32,000 bases of DNA from Nitrosomonas europaea (GTDB lineage Bacteria; Pseudomonadota; Gammaproteobacteria; Burkholderiales; Nitrosomonadaceae): contig NZ_FUWK01000001.1 of NCBI RefSeq assembly GCF_900167395.1, forward strand, positions 1-32,000, given 5' to 3'. Within the stretch, counting starts at the first letter, position 1. The number at the start of each line of letters is the position of its first letter. The notes beneath the pieces were generated by a model, which worked only from the letters and a program-made list of their open reading frames with translations, had not been told where the DNA came from and did not search any database. The position numbers and the translations under genes were made by a program. Of the stretch, positions 17,804-29,838 are shown one piece after another.

Positions 17804-18928
17804 ATGCCAGAGCCGCTCCAACCCCATGAATATCCGCACCGCATACTGTTATGTGTTACGGGGCTGTCACCGCAGATTGTCACTGAAACGCTGTACGCTC
17901 TGGCTGTGGCACGGGCCACGCCCTTTATTCCGACAGAGATACATCTGCTGACCACTACCGATGGAGCACGGTTGGCGCGGGCAGCATTGCTGCACCCCGA
18001 TGGTGGACATTTTCATGCGCTGTTGAATGACCAGCCACAGATCGGCCTCCCCCGTTTTGATGAAGATTGCATCCATATCATCAGCCATCACCAGGAAAAA
18101 CTCGCCGACATTCGCACACCGGCCGAAAATGCCGCAGCGGCTGACACAATCACGGCACTTGTTGCCCAACTTACTGAGGATGCTGACGCGGCGCTGCATG
18201 TTTCGATTGCCGGCGGGCGCAAGACCATGGGTTTTTATCTGGGGTATGCCTTTTCACTGTTTGCCCGGCCGCAGGATAATCTCTCCCATGTTCTGGTTTC
18301 ATCACCCTTTGAAGGTCATCCGGATTTTTTTTACCCGCCACGTCAGCCACGCCGCCTGGTAACACGAGACGGGCATCATATTGATACTGCCGAGGCCATT
18401 GTTACACTGGCAGAAATTCCTGTGGTACGGTTGCGGCACGGGCTGCCGGCTACTCTGATTGCCGGCCGCGCCGGGTTCAGTGAAACGGTAGTTACCTTGC
18501 AGCAAAGTTTTGCACCACCATGCCTGCTGATTGATCTGGAGCAGCGAAACGTCGTCTGTGGCACTACTGCAGTTGCCATGAAACCGCAACTGCTTGCATG
18601 GCTGGCGTGGTGGGCTACGCTAGCCCGACAGGGGCGGCCTGAAACAACCTGGCGTGAAGCCGATGCCAGATTATTTCTCGATATTTACCGGACAGTGGTT
18701 GGTATTGATGCCATTGATTATGAGAAAACCGCCGAGCTGCTCGGCAACGGCATGGAGAAGGAGTTTTTTCAGACCAAAAACGCGAAACTGGAACGTGTGC
18801 TGAAAGACACACTTGGACCGGCAGCTGCCCCCTATCTGCTAACGACTACGGGCAAACGCCCGCATACACGGCGTGGTCTCACACTGCCTCCCGAGCGTAT
18901 TCGTATCGTTGGCACAGGCAGTAAATGA
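17804..18928 (+). CDS. NE0113-family CARF-domain CRISPR-associated protein, 374 aa
   Basis: HRILLCVTGLSPQIVTETLYALAV is the Rossmann-like CARF start typical of the NE0113 family as I recall it. Also ALHVSIAGGRKTMGFYLGYA. The C-terminal third is helical and basic (...FFQTKNAKLERVLKD...GKRPHTRRGL). I see no nuclease motif. Confidence 0.75.
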   Translation: MPEPLQPHEYPHRILLCVTGLSPQIVTETLYALAVARATPFIPTEIHLLTTTDGARLARAALLHPDGGHFHALLNDQPQIGLPRFDEDCIHIISHHQEKLADIRTPAENAAAADTITALVAQLTEDADAALHVSIAGGRKTMGFYLGYAFSLFARPQDNLSHVLVSSPFEGHPDFFYPPRQPRRLVTRDGHHIDTAEAIVTLAEIPVVRLRHGLPATLIAGRAGFSETVVTLQQSFAPPCLLIDLEQRNVVCGTTAVAMKPQLLAWLAWWATLARQGRPETTWREADARLFLDIYRTVVGIDAIDYEKTAELLGNGMEKEFFQTKNAKLERVLKDTLGPAAAPYLLTTTGKRPHTRRGLTLPPERIRIVGTGSK

Positions 18929-19025
18929 AACTATCGGCGTCGAGTGAGAAAATCTGTTTCCGGTGCTTGGCACGGCAAACTTACCATCCCGCAACAAATA
19001 CAAGGCAAAGGCTACGATACTTCAC

Positions 19026-19304
19026 ATGAATCGGAACTTGTACCTGGTCGCCTACGATATCTGCAATCCGCGCCGTCTGCGCCAGGTTTGTCGCTATCTC
19101 ACCGGCTATAAAGTCAGCGGGCAAAAATCCGTATTTGAAATATGGGTAACCCCGACAGAGTTGCACACCATTCGCACTGAGCTCGACAAGCTGATGGACA
19201 CACAGGCAGATCGCCTCCACATCCTCAGCCTTGATCCGCGTATGAAGCCACGCTGTTACGGCAATGCCAGCACATTCACAGTGCAACACTTTTGTATTGT
19301 CTGA
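19026..19304 (+). CDS. cas2: Cas2 (copy 1), 92 aa
   Basis: I prefer the internal ATG at 19026. LYLVAYDICNPRRLRQVCRYLTGYKVSGQKSVFEIWVT shows the beta1 Asp and the ferredoxin-like Cas2 pattern. Confidence 0.85.
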   Translation: MNRNLYLVAYDICNPRRLRQVCRYLTGYKVSGQKSVFEIWVTPTELHTIRTELDKLMDTQADRLHILSLDPRMKPRCYGNASTFTVQHFCIV

Positions 19305-19325
19305 AAGTGAGGAGGAAAAAACATC

Positions 19326-20309
19326 ATGACCAGCCTGTTCGTTGATCGCCGCGGTGTAGAACTTGGGCTTGAATCTGGTGCTATCGTTTTCCGGGAAAAT
19401 GGTGAACGCATTGGTACAGTGCCCATTGCCCCGTTGACACGCGTATTTCTACGTGGCGATGTCAATCTACCAGCGGCACTACTCGGCAAGCTTGGTGAAC
19501 GCGGTGTTGGCGTAGTCATTCTCAGCGGTCGCACCAGCCGACCAAGTCTGCTTCTGGCCAGACCGCACAACGATGCAGCCCGGCGTGTCGCCCAAGTACG
19601 CTTGAGCCTCGATGAACCAGCCAGTCTAATAATTGCCAGAGAACTCATCGAACGCAAGCTGACGCGACAAATCGAATGGTTTACCGAGCTGCGTGAAAAC
19701 GATATCCAGGCACGTTACGAACTCAGCCGCGCCTTGCGCGGATTAGAAGAGCATCGGGCCCGTCTCGGTAACATCAATAACGCAGCCAGTCTGCGTGGTA
19801 TCGAGGGCTCCGCTGCTGCACGCTACTTCACCGGCCTGCAGGCTGTCATCCCGGGCTCACTGCATTTTCATGGCCGCAACCGTCGTCCGCCGCGTGACCC
19901 GTTCAATGCCCTGCTTTCGCTTACTTACACCCTGCTGCACAGTGAAATTACGATTGCATTGCATGGTGCTGGATTCGATCCCTACATTGGTTTTTATCAC
20001 CGCCTGGATTTTGGTCGCGAATCGCTCGCCTCCGACCTACTGGAGCCACTGCGACCACTGGCGGATCGTTTTGCCTTTGCACTGGTACATCGGCGAGTGC
20101 TCGACAAGGATCATTTCACCACAACTGAATCAGGGTGCCTGCTTGGCAAGGCTGGTCGCGTGCGTTACTACGCAGCGTATGAGGAACATAGTGAGATCTT
20201 GCGCAAAGGAATCAATCAGGAAATTGAACAACTGGCCGAACAAGTTGGCAGCGCTCTGACTCCCGAATCAGGAAATACACCGGATCACGATTCCGGAGAT
20301 TGGGAATAA
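19326..20309 (+). CDS. cas1: Cas1 integrase
   Basis: GAGGAGG RBS lies upstream. Motifs: LRGIEGSAAARYF, DPFNALLSLTYTLL, GFDPYIGFYHR, SLASDLLEPLRP (conserved E/H/D positions). Confidence 0.95.
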   Translation: MTSLFVDRRGVELGLESGAIVFRENGERIGTVPIAPLTRVFLRGDVNLPAALLGKLGERGVGVVILSGRTSRPSLLLARPHNDAARRVAQVRLSLDEPASLIIARELIERKLTRQIEWFTELRENDIQARYELSRALRGLEEHRARLGNINNAASLRGIEGSAAARYFTGLQAVIPGSLHFHGRNRRPPRDPFNALLSLTYTLLHSEITIALHGAGFDPYIGFYHRLDFGRESLASDLLEPLRPLADRFAFALVHRRVLDKDHFTTTESGCLLGKAGRVRYYAAYEEHSEILRKGINQEIEQLAEQVGSALTPESGNTPDHDSGDWE

Positions 20310-20375
20310 ATATGAGAATAAGTGCACCACTACCCGGGTCCCATGCCAGCGGATCATTTTTTGAAAAGACAGGCA

Positions 20376-20660
20376 ATGAGTGACTTTATCATCTGCTACG
20401 ACATCACTGACCCACGCAGATTAGGACGCTTGTATCGTTATCTGATCAAACGGGCAGTACCATTGCAGTATTCGGTATTCCTGTTCAGGGGTGACGATCG
20501 TCAGCTTGAACGCTGTATACAGGATGCCATCGAGCTGATTGACGAAAAACAGGACGATTTGCGGGTTTATCCACTACCGGGCCGCGGCCTGAAAGCGCGT
20601 ATCGGCCGCCCTACACTGCCGGAAGGCATACAATGGAGTGGCCTGCCGGCCAAATGGTAA
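20376..20660 (+). CDS. cas2: Cas2 (copy 2), 94 aa; divergent paralogue of copy 1
   Basis: I prefer the ATG at 20376. FIICYDITDPRRLGRLYRYLIKRAVPLQYSVFLFRGD. By eye it is roughly one-third identical to copy 1. Confidence 0.85.
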   Translation: MSDFIICYDITDPRRLGRLYRYLIKRAVPLQYSVFLFRGDDRQLERCIQDAIELIDEKQDDLRVYPLPGRGLKARIGRPTLPEGIQWSGLPAKW

Positions 20661-20778
20661 AATATAATGTATCTGGAAGAAACAGTCGTTTAAAAAGAGG
20701 TAACTTGCAACATCCCATCAGTTTTCCTTATCGCCCTTTGCAATTTATTGATCTGGCGGAAGAAAAACACGGTGGTCA
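20661..20778 (+). promoter_or_regulatory. CRISPR leader (118 nt, AT-rich)
   Basis: It lies between the cas2 stop and repeat 1. Orientation is supported by the degenerate repeat at the far end and by the ATTGAGAC 3' end of the repeat. Only weak promoter hexamers are present (TTGCAA 20705-20710). Confidence 0.6.
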
Positions 20779-21310
20779 GAAACACCGATGCCCTGATTTC
20801 AAAGGGATTGAGACTCCGTTTGCCTGAACATTGCCGACATTAATATTCTGAAACACCGATGCCCTGATTTCAAAGGGATTGAGACCACTGCCCGAGCAGT
20901 ATTCTCCGAATCTACGCCGAGAAACACCGATGCCCTGATTTCAAAGGGATTGAGACATAGGTCTCGTTGGGAAAGATTTCGGCATGGAATCGAAACACCG
21001 ATGCCCTGATTTCAAAGGGATTGAGACTTAGGATCACCATAACTGATCGCGTTAGCCAAGGGAAACACCGATGCCCTGATTTCAAAGGGATTGAGACGTA
21101 GTAATTTTTGTCTTCTTTCTTGATTCTGGTTTGAAACACCGATGCCCTGATTTCAAAGGGATTGAGACAAAGTAATTTTTGTCTTCTTTCTTGACTAAGA
21201 GATGAAACACCGATGCCCTGATTTCAAAGGGATTGAGACAACGCCCACCTATCTTTTTCAACAGCAGGATACCGAAACACCGATACCCTGAATTACCGCC
21301 GGATTAGTGC
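20779..21310 (+). CRISPR. CRISPR array: 7 identical 36-nt repeats plus 1 degenerate terminal repeat, with 7 spacers of 34-35 nt
   Basis: The repeat GAAACACCGATGCCCTGATTTCAAAGGGATTGAGAC starts at 20779, 20850, 20921, 20992, 21062, 21133 and 21204. The degenerate copy at 21274-21310 is GAAACACCGATACCCTGAATTACCGCCGGATTAGTGC. Confidence 0.97.
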
Positions 21311-21468
21311 GTAAATGCGTTTTGTCTGCTGTTTTCCCCGGCCATATATATCCAAGAATAATTCAACGTTGGCAACGTAAACCCGCAACAGCTCCAGATA
21401 CACCCGCTTTACTTGTTATACTGCTCAGCCTGAAAATAACTGATCAAAATTACATTGATGGAGGAGAA

Positions 21469-21912
21469 ATGGATATTTTGAGTTTGGTGGCAGGATTTCT
21501 GGCGGGTGCGCTTACGATTTATCTCGCCAGTTATTTCATGAAGCCGAGTGAAAACAAGACACAAAAAACGGTCGATGCAGGCACTATCAATTTGTTCGAT
21601 CAGTTGTGGCAGACACATGAGCGCTTGCTCAACGAAATGAAGCAGGATGTAGAAAATCCCGATTTCAAATTTCACCGGGAATTTTATGTGCTGAAAAAAG
21701 GCTGGGGGTGGGAGCGCTGGGGATTTCATCGCAGAGGTCCCTGTATCGCCTATTTCCTGGAGGATCACAGTGATCTGCTGCCGTTGCTGGATTCGCTGAC
21801 TTCTTACGGATTGATCAGCCAGACCGGCGAAACCGGGAAGAATACCGCCAGATTTCAACTGAGCGAAAAACTGGTTGAGCTGCTGCGTGGAAAAAATACA
21901 AATAAATCCTGA
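21469..21912 (+). CDS. Hypothetical membrane-anchored protein, 147 aa
   Basis: GGAGGAG lies directly upstream of the ATG at 21469. N-terminal TM helix MDILSLVAGFLAGALTIYLASYF. Trp-rich KKGWGWERWGF. The C-terminal part (LLDSLTSYGLISQTGETGKNTARFQLSEKLVELL) looks wHTH-like. I recognise no family. Confidence 0.5.
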   Translation: MDILSLVAGFLAGALTIYLASYFMKPSENKTQKTVDAGTINLFDQLWQTHERLLNEMKQDVENPDFKFHREFYVLKKGWGWERWGFHRRGPCIAYFLEDHSDLLPLLDSLTSYGLISQTGETGKNTARFQLSEKLVELLRGKNTNKS

Positions 21913-21950
21913 TTTTCTGTCTTCATTTCAGGCAATCAACACATCTCTTA

Positions 21951-23910
<1,960 letters not shown>

Positions 23911-23911
<1 letters not shown>

Positions 23912-25071
23912 CAGCTCGCTATCCTGATGCCGATATTAGAGAACGCCACGGCAAAGATGGCATCGATCAGGATGACGGCAGTTATCGAAGTCACCACGGA
24001 ATTGGTAGTACCTTCTCCCAGGCTTTCGGTATTGGGTTTGATACGTAACCCGAAATGACAGGCGATCAGGGCAATCGTCATACCACAAACCATCCCTTTA
24101 CCCAGACCGAGCCATAAATTGGCAATCGGCACGGTATCAGGCAAAGCAGTCAGCGCATAGTGAATACTCAACCCGATCTGTAGTTCTGCCGCCACCAGCC
24201 CGCCCAGCAACGCGATTGCACTGGTCCAGAGTACGATCAGGGGCAAGGCAATGCCCAGTCCGATGATTTTGGGCAGCACCAGCCTCATGCTGTGGGGAAT
24301 GCCCATCACCGTCAGCGCATCCAGTTCCTCAGTAACACGCATGACACCCAATTGTGCTGTCATGGCAGAACCGGAACGGCCGGCAACCAGTATGGCGGCG
24401 AGCATCGGGCCCAGTTCCCGGATGATGCTCATCCCGAGAATATTGACGATGTAGATATCCGCCCCGAACATATGTAACTGCTCTGAAGTAAGATAGCTTA
24501 GGACGATACCGATCAGAAATCCCACGACAGCAGTAATACCAAGGGCCTGCGCACCGGTACGATACAGGTTTGCAGAAATTTCCCGCGCCGGAATTCTGCC
24601 TGGATGGGTCATCAGAAAAAAAAGATCCAGCACGATCTGCCCGGACAGGGTGATCATGCCGGTCAAATGGTCGAGAAAGCGGAGCAACTGTTTTCCCAAC
24701 ATAGAGATGGGCAAAAACAATATGCGTCGTGGCTGCTCGGGTAACGATACCGACTTTTCCAGCCGCAAAAACATTCTCTCCTGCTCGGGTCGCAACAGCA
24801 GATGTGCAGGCCGTTGTTCACCCCATATCCGCCACAACATGACTGCTCCCGCATAATCCAGTTGGCTGACATCAGTCAGATCCCAGTGCAGGCTACTGGC
24901 GTCAGATTGGCTGGCCAGTTTTGCCAGTTCTTTTGTTACTGTGGGAAATGATCGATCAAGTGAGGTGAGCGTAAAGCTGCCAGTAAGCTGTAGAAGGGTA
25001 TCACCTGCTGCCGTGGTAACAAGCCGATACCGGGAATTATTCCCGGCCGCCAAATCAGAGGGCATAGCCAT
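23911..25071 (-). CDS. MlaE-family ABC permease with an N-terminal STAS-like domain
   Basis: I prefer the start at 25071 (MAMPSD...), 19 nt after the lgt stop. STAS-like region LQLTGSFTLTSLD...LDYAGAVMLWRIWG, then the MlaE core ...ELGPMLAAILVAGRSGSAMTAQLGVMRVTEELDAL.... Confidence 0.85.
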
Positions 25072-25090
25072 ATCCGATCGATTCCGCCGG

Positions 25091-25927
25091 TCAATCCCGA
25101 TTTTTACGCTCGCGCGGCAGTTTCCGGGCCGCTTTTTCCGGTTTGCCGTCATATCGGTATGCCCAGTATAAAAGCGCGATACCGGCTGCAATCATCGGCA
25201 GGGACAACCACTGCCCCATACTGATACCCAGCGTCATGATGCCGAGAAAACCGTCATCCGGCTCACGGAAAAACTCACAGAACGAGCGGAATGCACCATA
25301 ACCGATCATGAACATTCCGGTAACGGCACCCAGCGGCCTTGGCTTGGCAGAATAAAGCCAGATCAGCGCGAAAAGCACCAGTCCTTCCAATGCGAACTCG
25401 TAAAGTTGTGAGGGATGGCGCGGCAAATTATCCGCATACGGAAAAATCATCCCCCACGGCACATCGGTGGGGCGCCCCCACAATTCACCATTGATGAAAT
25501 TACCGATACGCCCTGCTCCCAATCCAAGCGGCACCAACGGTGCGATGAAATCCGTGACGGCCAGCCATGAAAGCTGGTACTTACGCGCCAGACACAGCAT
25601 GGCGATGGCAACACCGAGAAACCCGCCGTGGAAGGACATGCCACCTTGCCAGATGGCCAATATCTCCAGCGGATGCTGCAGATAGTAACCCGGTTCATAA
25701 AACAGGACATGACCCAGACGCCCACCCAGAATCACACCCAGCACTCCGTAGAACAATGCATCATCCAGCATTTCCCGGGTAAACACGCCATTGGGCTGTT
25801 GTCGGATGCGATAACGCCCCAGCAGAATGAACAGTGAAAATCCGAGCAGGTACATCAACCCGTACCAGCGAACAGCAAGCGGACCGATGGAAATTGCAAC
25901 CGGATCGAATTGTGGGTGAACGAGCAT
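25091..25927 (-). CDS. lgt: Prolipoprotein diacylglyceryl transferase
   Basis: [30 protein letters not shown]..., [33 protein letters not shown]. Confidence 0.93.
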   Translation of the reverse strand: MLVHPQFDPVAISIGPLAVRWYGLMYLLGFSLFILLGRYRIRQQPNGVFTREMLDDALFYGVLGVILGGRLGHVLFYEPGYYLQHPLEILAIWQGGMSFHGGFLGVAIAMLCLARKYQLSWLAVTDFIAPLVPLGLGAGRIGNFINGELWGRPTDVPWGMIFPYADNLPRHPSQLYEFALEGLVLFALIWLYSAKPRPLGAVTGMFMIGYGAFRSFCEFFREPDDGFLGIMTLGISMGQWLSLPMIAAGIALLYWAYRYDGKPEKAARKLPRERKNRD

Positions 25928-26053
25928 GGGCAGCAGCCTGACTTACGGTAAAATATTCATTATACGGCAATGCCCACTGATCGCAGCAGACATCACCCGC
26001 GATCATCCCCTTATCGGGCCCGTAATTCATTCACCTGTCCATGAGGAAACAAT

Positions 26054-27727
26054 ATGCCAGATAATCGACGCAGCCAAACCATTACCCAAGGTGCACAACG
26101 CACCCCCAACCGCGCCATGTTACGCGCAGTCGGTTTCGGTGACGGAGACTTCGATAAACCTATCGTCGGGGTTGCCAACGGTTTTTCCACCATCACACCC
26201 TGCAACATGGGGCTGGATACCCTTGCCAAATGCGCCGAACATGCGCTGAAAACCGCCGGTGCCATGCCGCAGATGTTTGGCACCATCACCGTATCCGACG
26301 GGATCTCCATGGGTACCGAAGGCATGAAGTATTCTCTGGTTTCGCGCGAAGTGATCGCCGATTCGATCGAAACCTGCGTACAGGCGGAAAGTATGGATGG
26401 CGTCATCGCCATCGGTGGTTGCGATAAAAACATGCCTGGCGCCATGATCGCGCTGGCCAGACTGAACGTACCGTCCATCTTCGTCTATGGCGGTACCATC
26501 AAACCTGGCCATTACCAGGGCCGTGATCTGACCATCGTAAGCGCTTTCGAAGCTGTCGGACAGCATACCGCGCACAAGATAGACGATCATGAACTGCTGG
26601 AAGTCGAACGCCATGCCTGTCCCGGCGCCGGTTCGTGCGGTGGTATGTACACAGCCAACACCATGTCATCTGCCATCGAGGCAATGGGAATGAGCCTGCC
26701 TTACTCTTCCACCATGGCAGCAGAAGATGAGGAAAAACGGATCAGCGCCATACGCTCCGCCGAAGTACTGGTGGACGCGGTCAAAAAGCAGATTCTGCCG
26801 CGCAGCCTGATCACCCGCAAATCCATCGAAAATGCGGTATCTGTCGTCATGGCGGTGGGAGGTTCGACCAATGCCGTGCTGCACCTGCTGGCCATCGCCC
26901 ATGCAGCCGAAGTGGAATTCAGCATCGATGATTTCGAAGCCATTCGTGCACGCGTACCGGTATTGTGCGATCTGAAACCTTCCGGACGCTATGTAGCCAC
27001 GGATCTGCACAAAGCGGGCGGTATTCCGCAAGTGATGAAAATGTTGCTGGTACACGACCTGCTGCACGGCGACTGTCTGACCATCAGCGGACAAACCATC
27101 GCGGAAGTGCTGAAAGACATTCCCGAACAGCCGCGTGCCGATCAGGATGTGATTCAACCCTGGGACAATCCGGTATATGAACAGGGGCACCTGGCGATCC
27201 TGAAAGGTAATCTTTCATCAGAAGGTGCGGTTGCCAAGATTTCCGGCATCAAAAATCCCAGTATTACCGGTCCCGCCAGAGTGTTCGATTCTGAAGAAAC
27301 CTGCATGGCTGCCATTCTTGAACGCAAAATCCAGCCAGGTGATGTGGTGGTCATCCGCTACGAAGGCCCACAGGGCGGACCCGGCATGCGCGAAATGCTT
27401 TCTCCCACTTCAGCACTGATCGGTGAAGGGCTGGGTGATTCGGTCGGGTTGATTACCGATGGGCGTTTCTCCGGTGGTACCTACGGAATGGTGGTGGGCC
27501 ATGTGGCACCGGAAGCATTCGCCGGCGGAACGATCGCCCTGGTACAAGAGGGAGATTCGATTACGATCGATGCACACCGTCGCCTGCTGCAACTGAATGT
27601 TCCTGAAGCCGAGCTGGAACGCCGCCGGGCAGCCTGGCATCCACCTGCACCACGCTACACACGCGGCGTACTGGCGAAATACGCCAAGCTGGTATCCACT
27701 GCCAGCCGTGGTGCAGTCACCGATTAA
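26054..27727 (+). CDS. ilvD: Dihydroxy-acid dehydratase (557-aa short form)
   Basis: GAGGAA RBS lies upstream. Motifs: [70 protein letters not shown]. Confidence 0.95.
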   Translation: MPDNRRSQTITQGAQRTPNRAMLRAVGFGDGDFDKPIVGVANGFSTITPCNMGLDTLAKCAEHALKTAGAMPQMFGTITVSDGISMGTEGMKYSLVSREVIADSIETCVQAESMDGVIAIGGCDKNMPGAMIALARLNVPSIFVYGGTIKPGHYQGRDLTIVSAFEAVGQHTAHKIDDHELLEVERHACPGAGSCGGMYTANTMSSAIEAMGMSLPYSSTMAAEDEEKRISAIRSAEVLVDAVKKQILPRSLITRKSIENAVSVVMAVGGSTNAVLHLLAIAHAAEVEFSIDDFEAIRARVPVLCDLKPSGRYVATDLHKAGGIPQVMKMLLVHDLLHGDCLTISGQTIAEVLKDIPEQPRADQDVIQPWDNPVYEQGHLAILKGNLSSEGAVAKISGIKNPSITGPARVFDSEETCMAAILERKIQPGDVVVIRYEGPQGGPGMREMLSPTSALIGEGLGDSVGLITDGRFSGGTYGMVVGHVAPEAFAGGTIALVQEGDSITIDAHRRLLQLNVPEAELERRRAAWHPPAPRYTRGVLAKYAKLVSTASRGAVTD

Positions 27728-27748
27728 TCTATTTTCAGCAAAAATCCA

Positions 27749-29818
27749 ATGCCTAACCATCTTGCCGGAGAAACCAGCCCTTACCTGCTGCAACATGCGG
27801 AAAACCCCGTGGACTGGTACCCGTGGGGAGAAGAGGCATTGGAAATCGCACGGATGCTGGATAAGCCGATACTGCTCTCCATTGGTTATTCCGCATGTCA
27901 CTGGTGCCATGTGATGGCGCATGAATCGTTCGAGGATGCTCAGGTCGCCACGGCCATGAATGAGCATTTCGTCAACATCAAGGTCGACCGTGAAGAACGC
28001 CCTGATATCGACCAGATTTATCAGAGCGCGCATTACACATTGAACCATCGTTCAGGAGGATGGCCGCTGACCATGTTCCTGACGCCCGAGCAAAAACCTT
28101 TTTTTGGCGGGACTTACTTTCCGAAAGAGGCACGCTACAGCATGCCAGGGTTTCTGGAACTGCTGCCAAAAGTAGCCGAGCTCTATCGCACGCGTAAAAC
28201 CGATATCGAGAAGCAGAATGCGGTATTGCTGAAATTGCTGGCTCAATCGCTCCCGGCACCGGATACCCGTGCTTCCGCACTTTCCCGGCAACCAATCGAC
28301 CGTGCCTGGGAGCAATTGAATCGCCTGTTCGATGAAACCGACGGCGGTTTCGGAGATGCACCCAAATTTCTCCATCCGGCAGAGTTACAGTTTTGCCTGC
28401 GGCGTTATGTCACCGACAATGACACGCGGGCACTGCATGTCGTAACCCACACGCTGGAAAAAATGGCACAAGGCGGCTTGTACGACCAACTGGGGGGAGG
28501 ATTCTGCCGTTACAGCACCGATCATTCCTGGCAGATTCCGCATTTCGAGAAAATGCTGTACGACAATGCACTGATGCTGCCCCTCTACGCGGAAACCTGG
28601 CTTGTGACCGGCAATCCACTGTTCAAACAGGTAGTCGAGGAAACGGCTGCCTGGGTCATACGGGAAATGCAATCCGGGATAGACGGGGAAGGTGGCTATT
28701 TTTCCTCGCTCGATGCTGACTCTGAGCATGAAGAAGGAAAATTCTACGTCTGGGATCGTCAGGCGGTTTCGGCAATTCTGACACCGGAAGAATATCGGGT
28801 GACAGCGGCTTATTATGGTCTCGACCGCTCACCCAACTTCGAGAATCACCACTGGCATCTTGCAGTCACGGAATCGATCGAGACAGTCGCAGCACGCCAT
28901 CAAATCAGCCAGGAAGCTGTACAGCAACTCATCGACAGTGCCCGCAGAAAATTGCTGAACGAACGCGAACAGCGTATTCGCCCGGGGCGTGACGAAAAAA
29001 TCCTGACGAGCTGGAATGCGCTGATGATCAAGGGCATGACACGCGCAGGACAGATTTTCGAGCGCGAGGAATGGATTAGTTCAGCCGTGCGGGCGCTGGA
29101 TTTCATCCGCAGCAGACTGTGGCAGAATGACCGCCTGCTGGCAACTTTCAAAGACGATAAAGCACATCTGAATGCTTATCTCGACGATCATGCATTCCTG
29201 CTGGACAGCCTGCTGACACTGCTGCAGGCCGATTTCCGGCAGACGGATCTCGATTTTGCCATTACCCTGGCCGATGTACTGCTTACCCGGTTTGAGGACA
29301 AAACATCCGGCGGATTCTTTTTTACCAGCCATGACCACGAAACACTCATCCATCGACCCAAAACGGGCCATGATGGCGCAATTCCAGCCGGAAACGGCAT
29401 TGCCGCCACTACTTTGCAACGACTGGGCCATCTGTTGAATGAACAGCGTTATCTTGAAGCAGCCGAACGCACGCTGAATGTTTTTTCCAGCGGATTGTCA
29501 CTGCATGCCAGCTCGCATTGCAGTCTGCTGATCACGCTGGAGGAATTCCTCGAGCCGACAAAAACAGTAATTCTTCATGGTAACCGGCCAGAACTGCAAA
29601 TTTGGCTGAAAGCACTGCTTCCTTATTCGCTTGACAAAATAGTGATCGCCTTGCCTCTGGAACTTTCCGAATTACCCGACAGTCTTAAAATGCGCTCTAC
29701 CCCGGATGGAAAAATCAGTGCCCGGGTGTGTGAGGGCAGGCGTTGTCTTCCGGAGATCCACTCGCTGAATGAACTACTGCAAATGTGTAAGCTTCACGGT
29801 AGAATGGCACTCCCTTAA
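27749..29818 (+). CDS. Thioredoxin-domain protein (DUF255/YyaL-like, with a six-hairpin glycosidase-like C-terminal region)
   Basis: [25 protein letters not shown]...[24 protein letters not shown]...[14 protein letters not shown] is the typical DUF255 N-terminus. Confidence 0.85.
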   Translation: MPNHLAGETSPYLLQHAENPVDWYPWGEEALEIARMLDKPILLSIGYSACHWCHVMAHESFEDAQVATAMNEHFVNIKVDREERPDIDQIYQSAHYTLNHRSGGWPLTMFLTPEQKPFFGGTYFPKEARYSMPGFLELLPKVAELYRTRKTDIEKQNAVLLKLLAQSLPAPDTRASALSRQPIDRAWEQLNRLFDETDGGFGDAPKFLHPAELQFCLRRYVTDNDTRALHVVTHTLEKMAQGGLYDQLGGGFCRYSTDHSWQIPHFEKMLYDNALMLPLYAETWLVTGNPLFKQVVEETAAWVIREMQSGIDGEGGYFSSLDADSEHEEGKFYVWDRQAVSAILTPEEYRVTAAYYGLDRSPNFENHHWHLAVTESIETVAARHQISQEAVQQLIDSARRKLLNEREQRIRPGRDEKILTSWNALMIKGMTRAGQIFEREEWISSAVRALDFIRSRLWQNDRLLATFKDDKAHLNAYLDDHAFLLDSLLTLLQADFRQTDLDFAITLADVLLTRFEDKTSGGFFFTSHDHETLIHRPKTGHDGAIPAGNGIAATTLQRLGHLLNEQRYLEAAERTLNVFSSGLSLHASSHCSLLITLEEFLEPTKTVILHGNRPELQIWLKALLPYSLDKIVIALPLELSELPDSLKMRSTPDGKISARVCEGRRCLPEIHSLNELLQMCKLHGRMALP

Positions 29819-29838
29819 TCATTCATAAAAGGAAAAAT

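Noticed and set aside
19256-19657. Minus-strand 133-aa ORF
   Set aside because: It lies antisense to cas1. Its Arg/Ser/Pro-rich translation is typical of a shadow frame.
20691-20712. GGTAACTTGCAACATCCC in the leader, as a possible further degenerate copy of the GGCAAGCTTGCC palindrome
   Set aside because: The match is only about 9/12 and needs a gap, which is not distinguishable from chance.
20633-21139. Track ORFs 20633-20827 (+) and 20912-21139 (-)
   Set aside because: They read through the leader and CRISPR repeats. The periodic peptide VSIPLKSGHRCF is simply the translated repeat.
21307-21468. 5' extension of the 201-aa track ORF into the array trailer
   Set aside because: It has a non-ATG start overlapping the degenerate repeat. 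The internal ATG at 21469 has a strong GGAGGAG RBS and begins with a TM helix.
26011-28375. Antisense ORFs within ilvD and the thioredoxin-domain gene (26011-26478, 26120-26614, 26666-27190, 27410-28048, 27978-28361)
   Set aside because: They lie opposite long ORFs with unambiguous enzyme motifs, so they are shadow frames.
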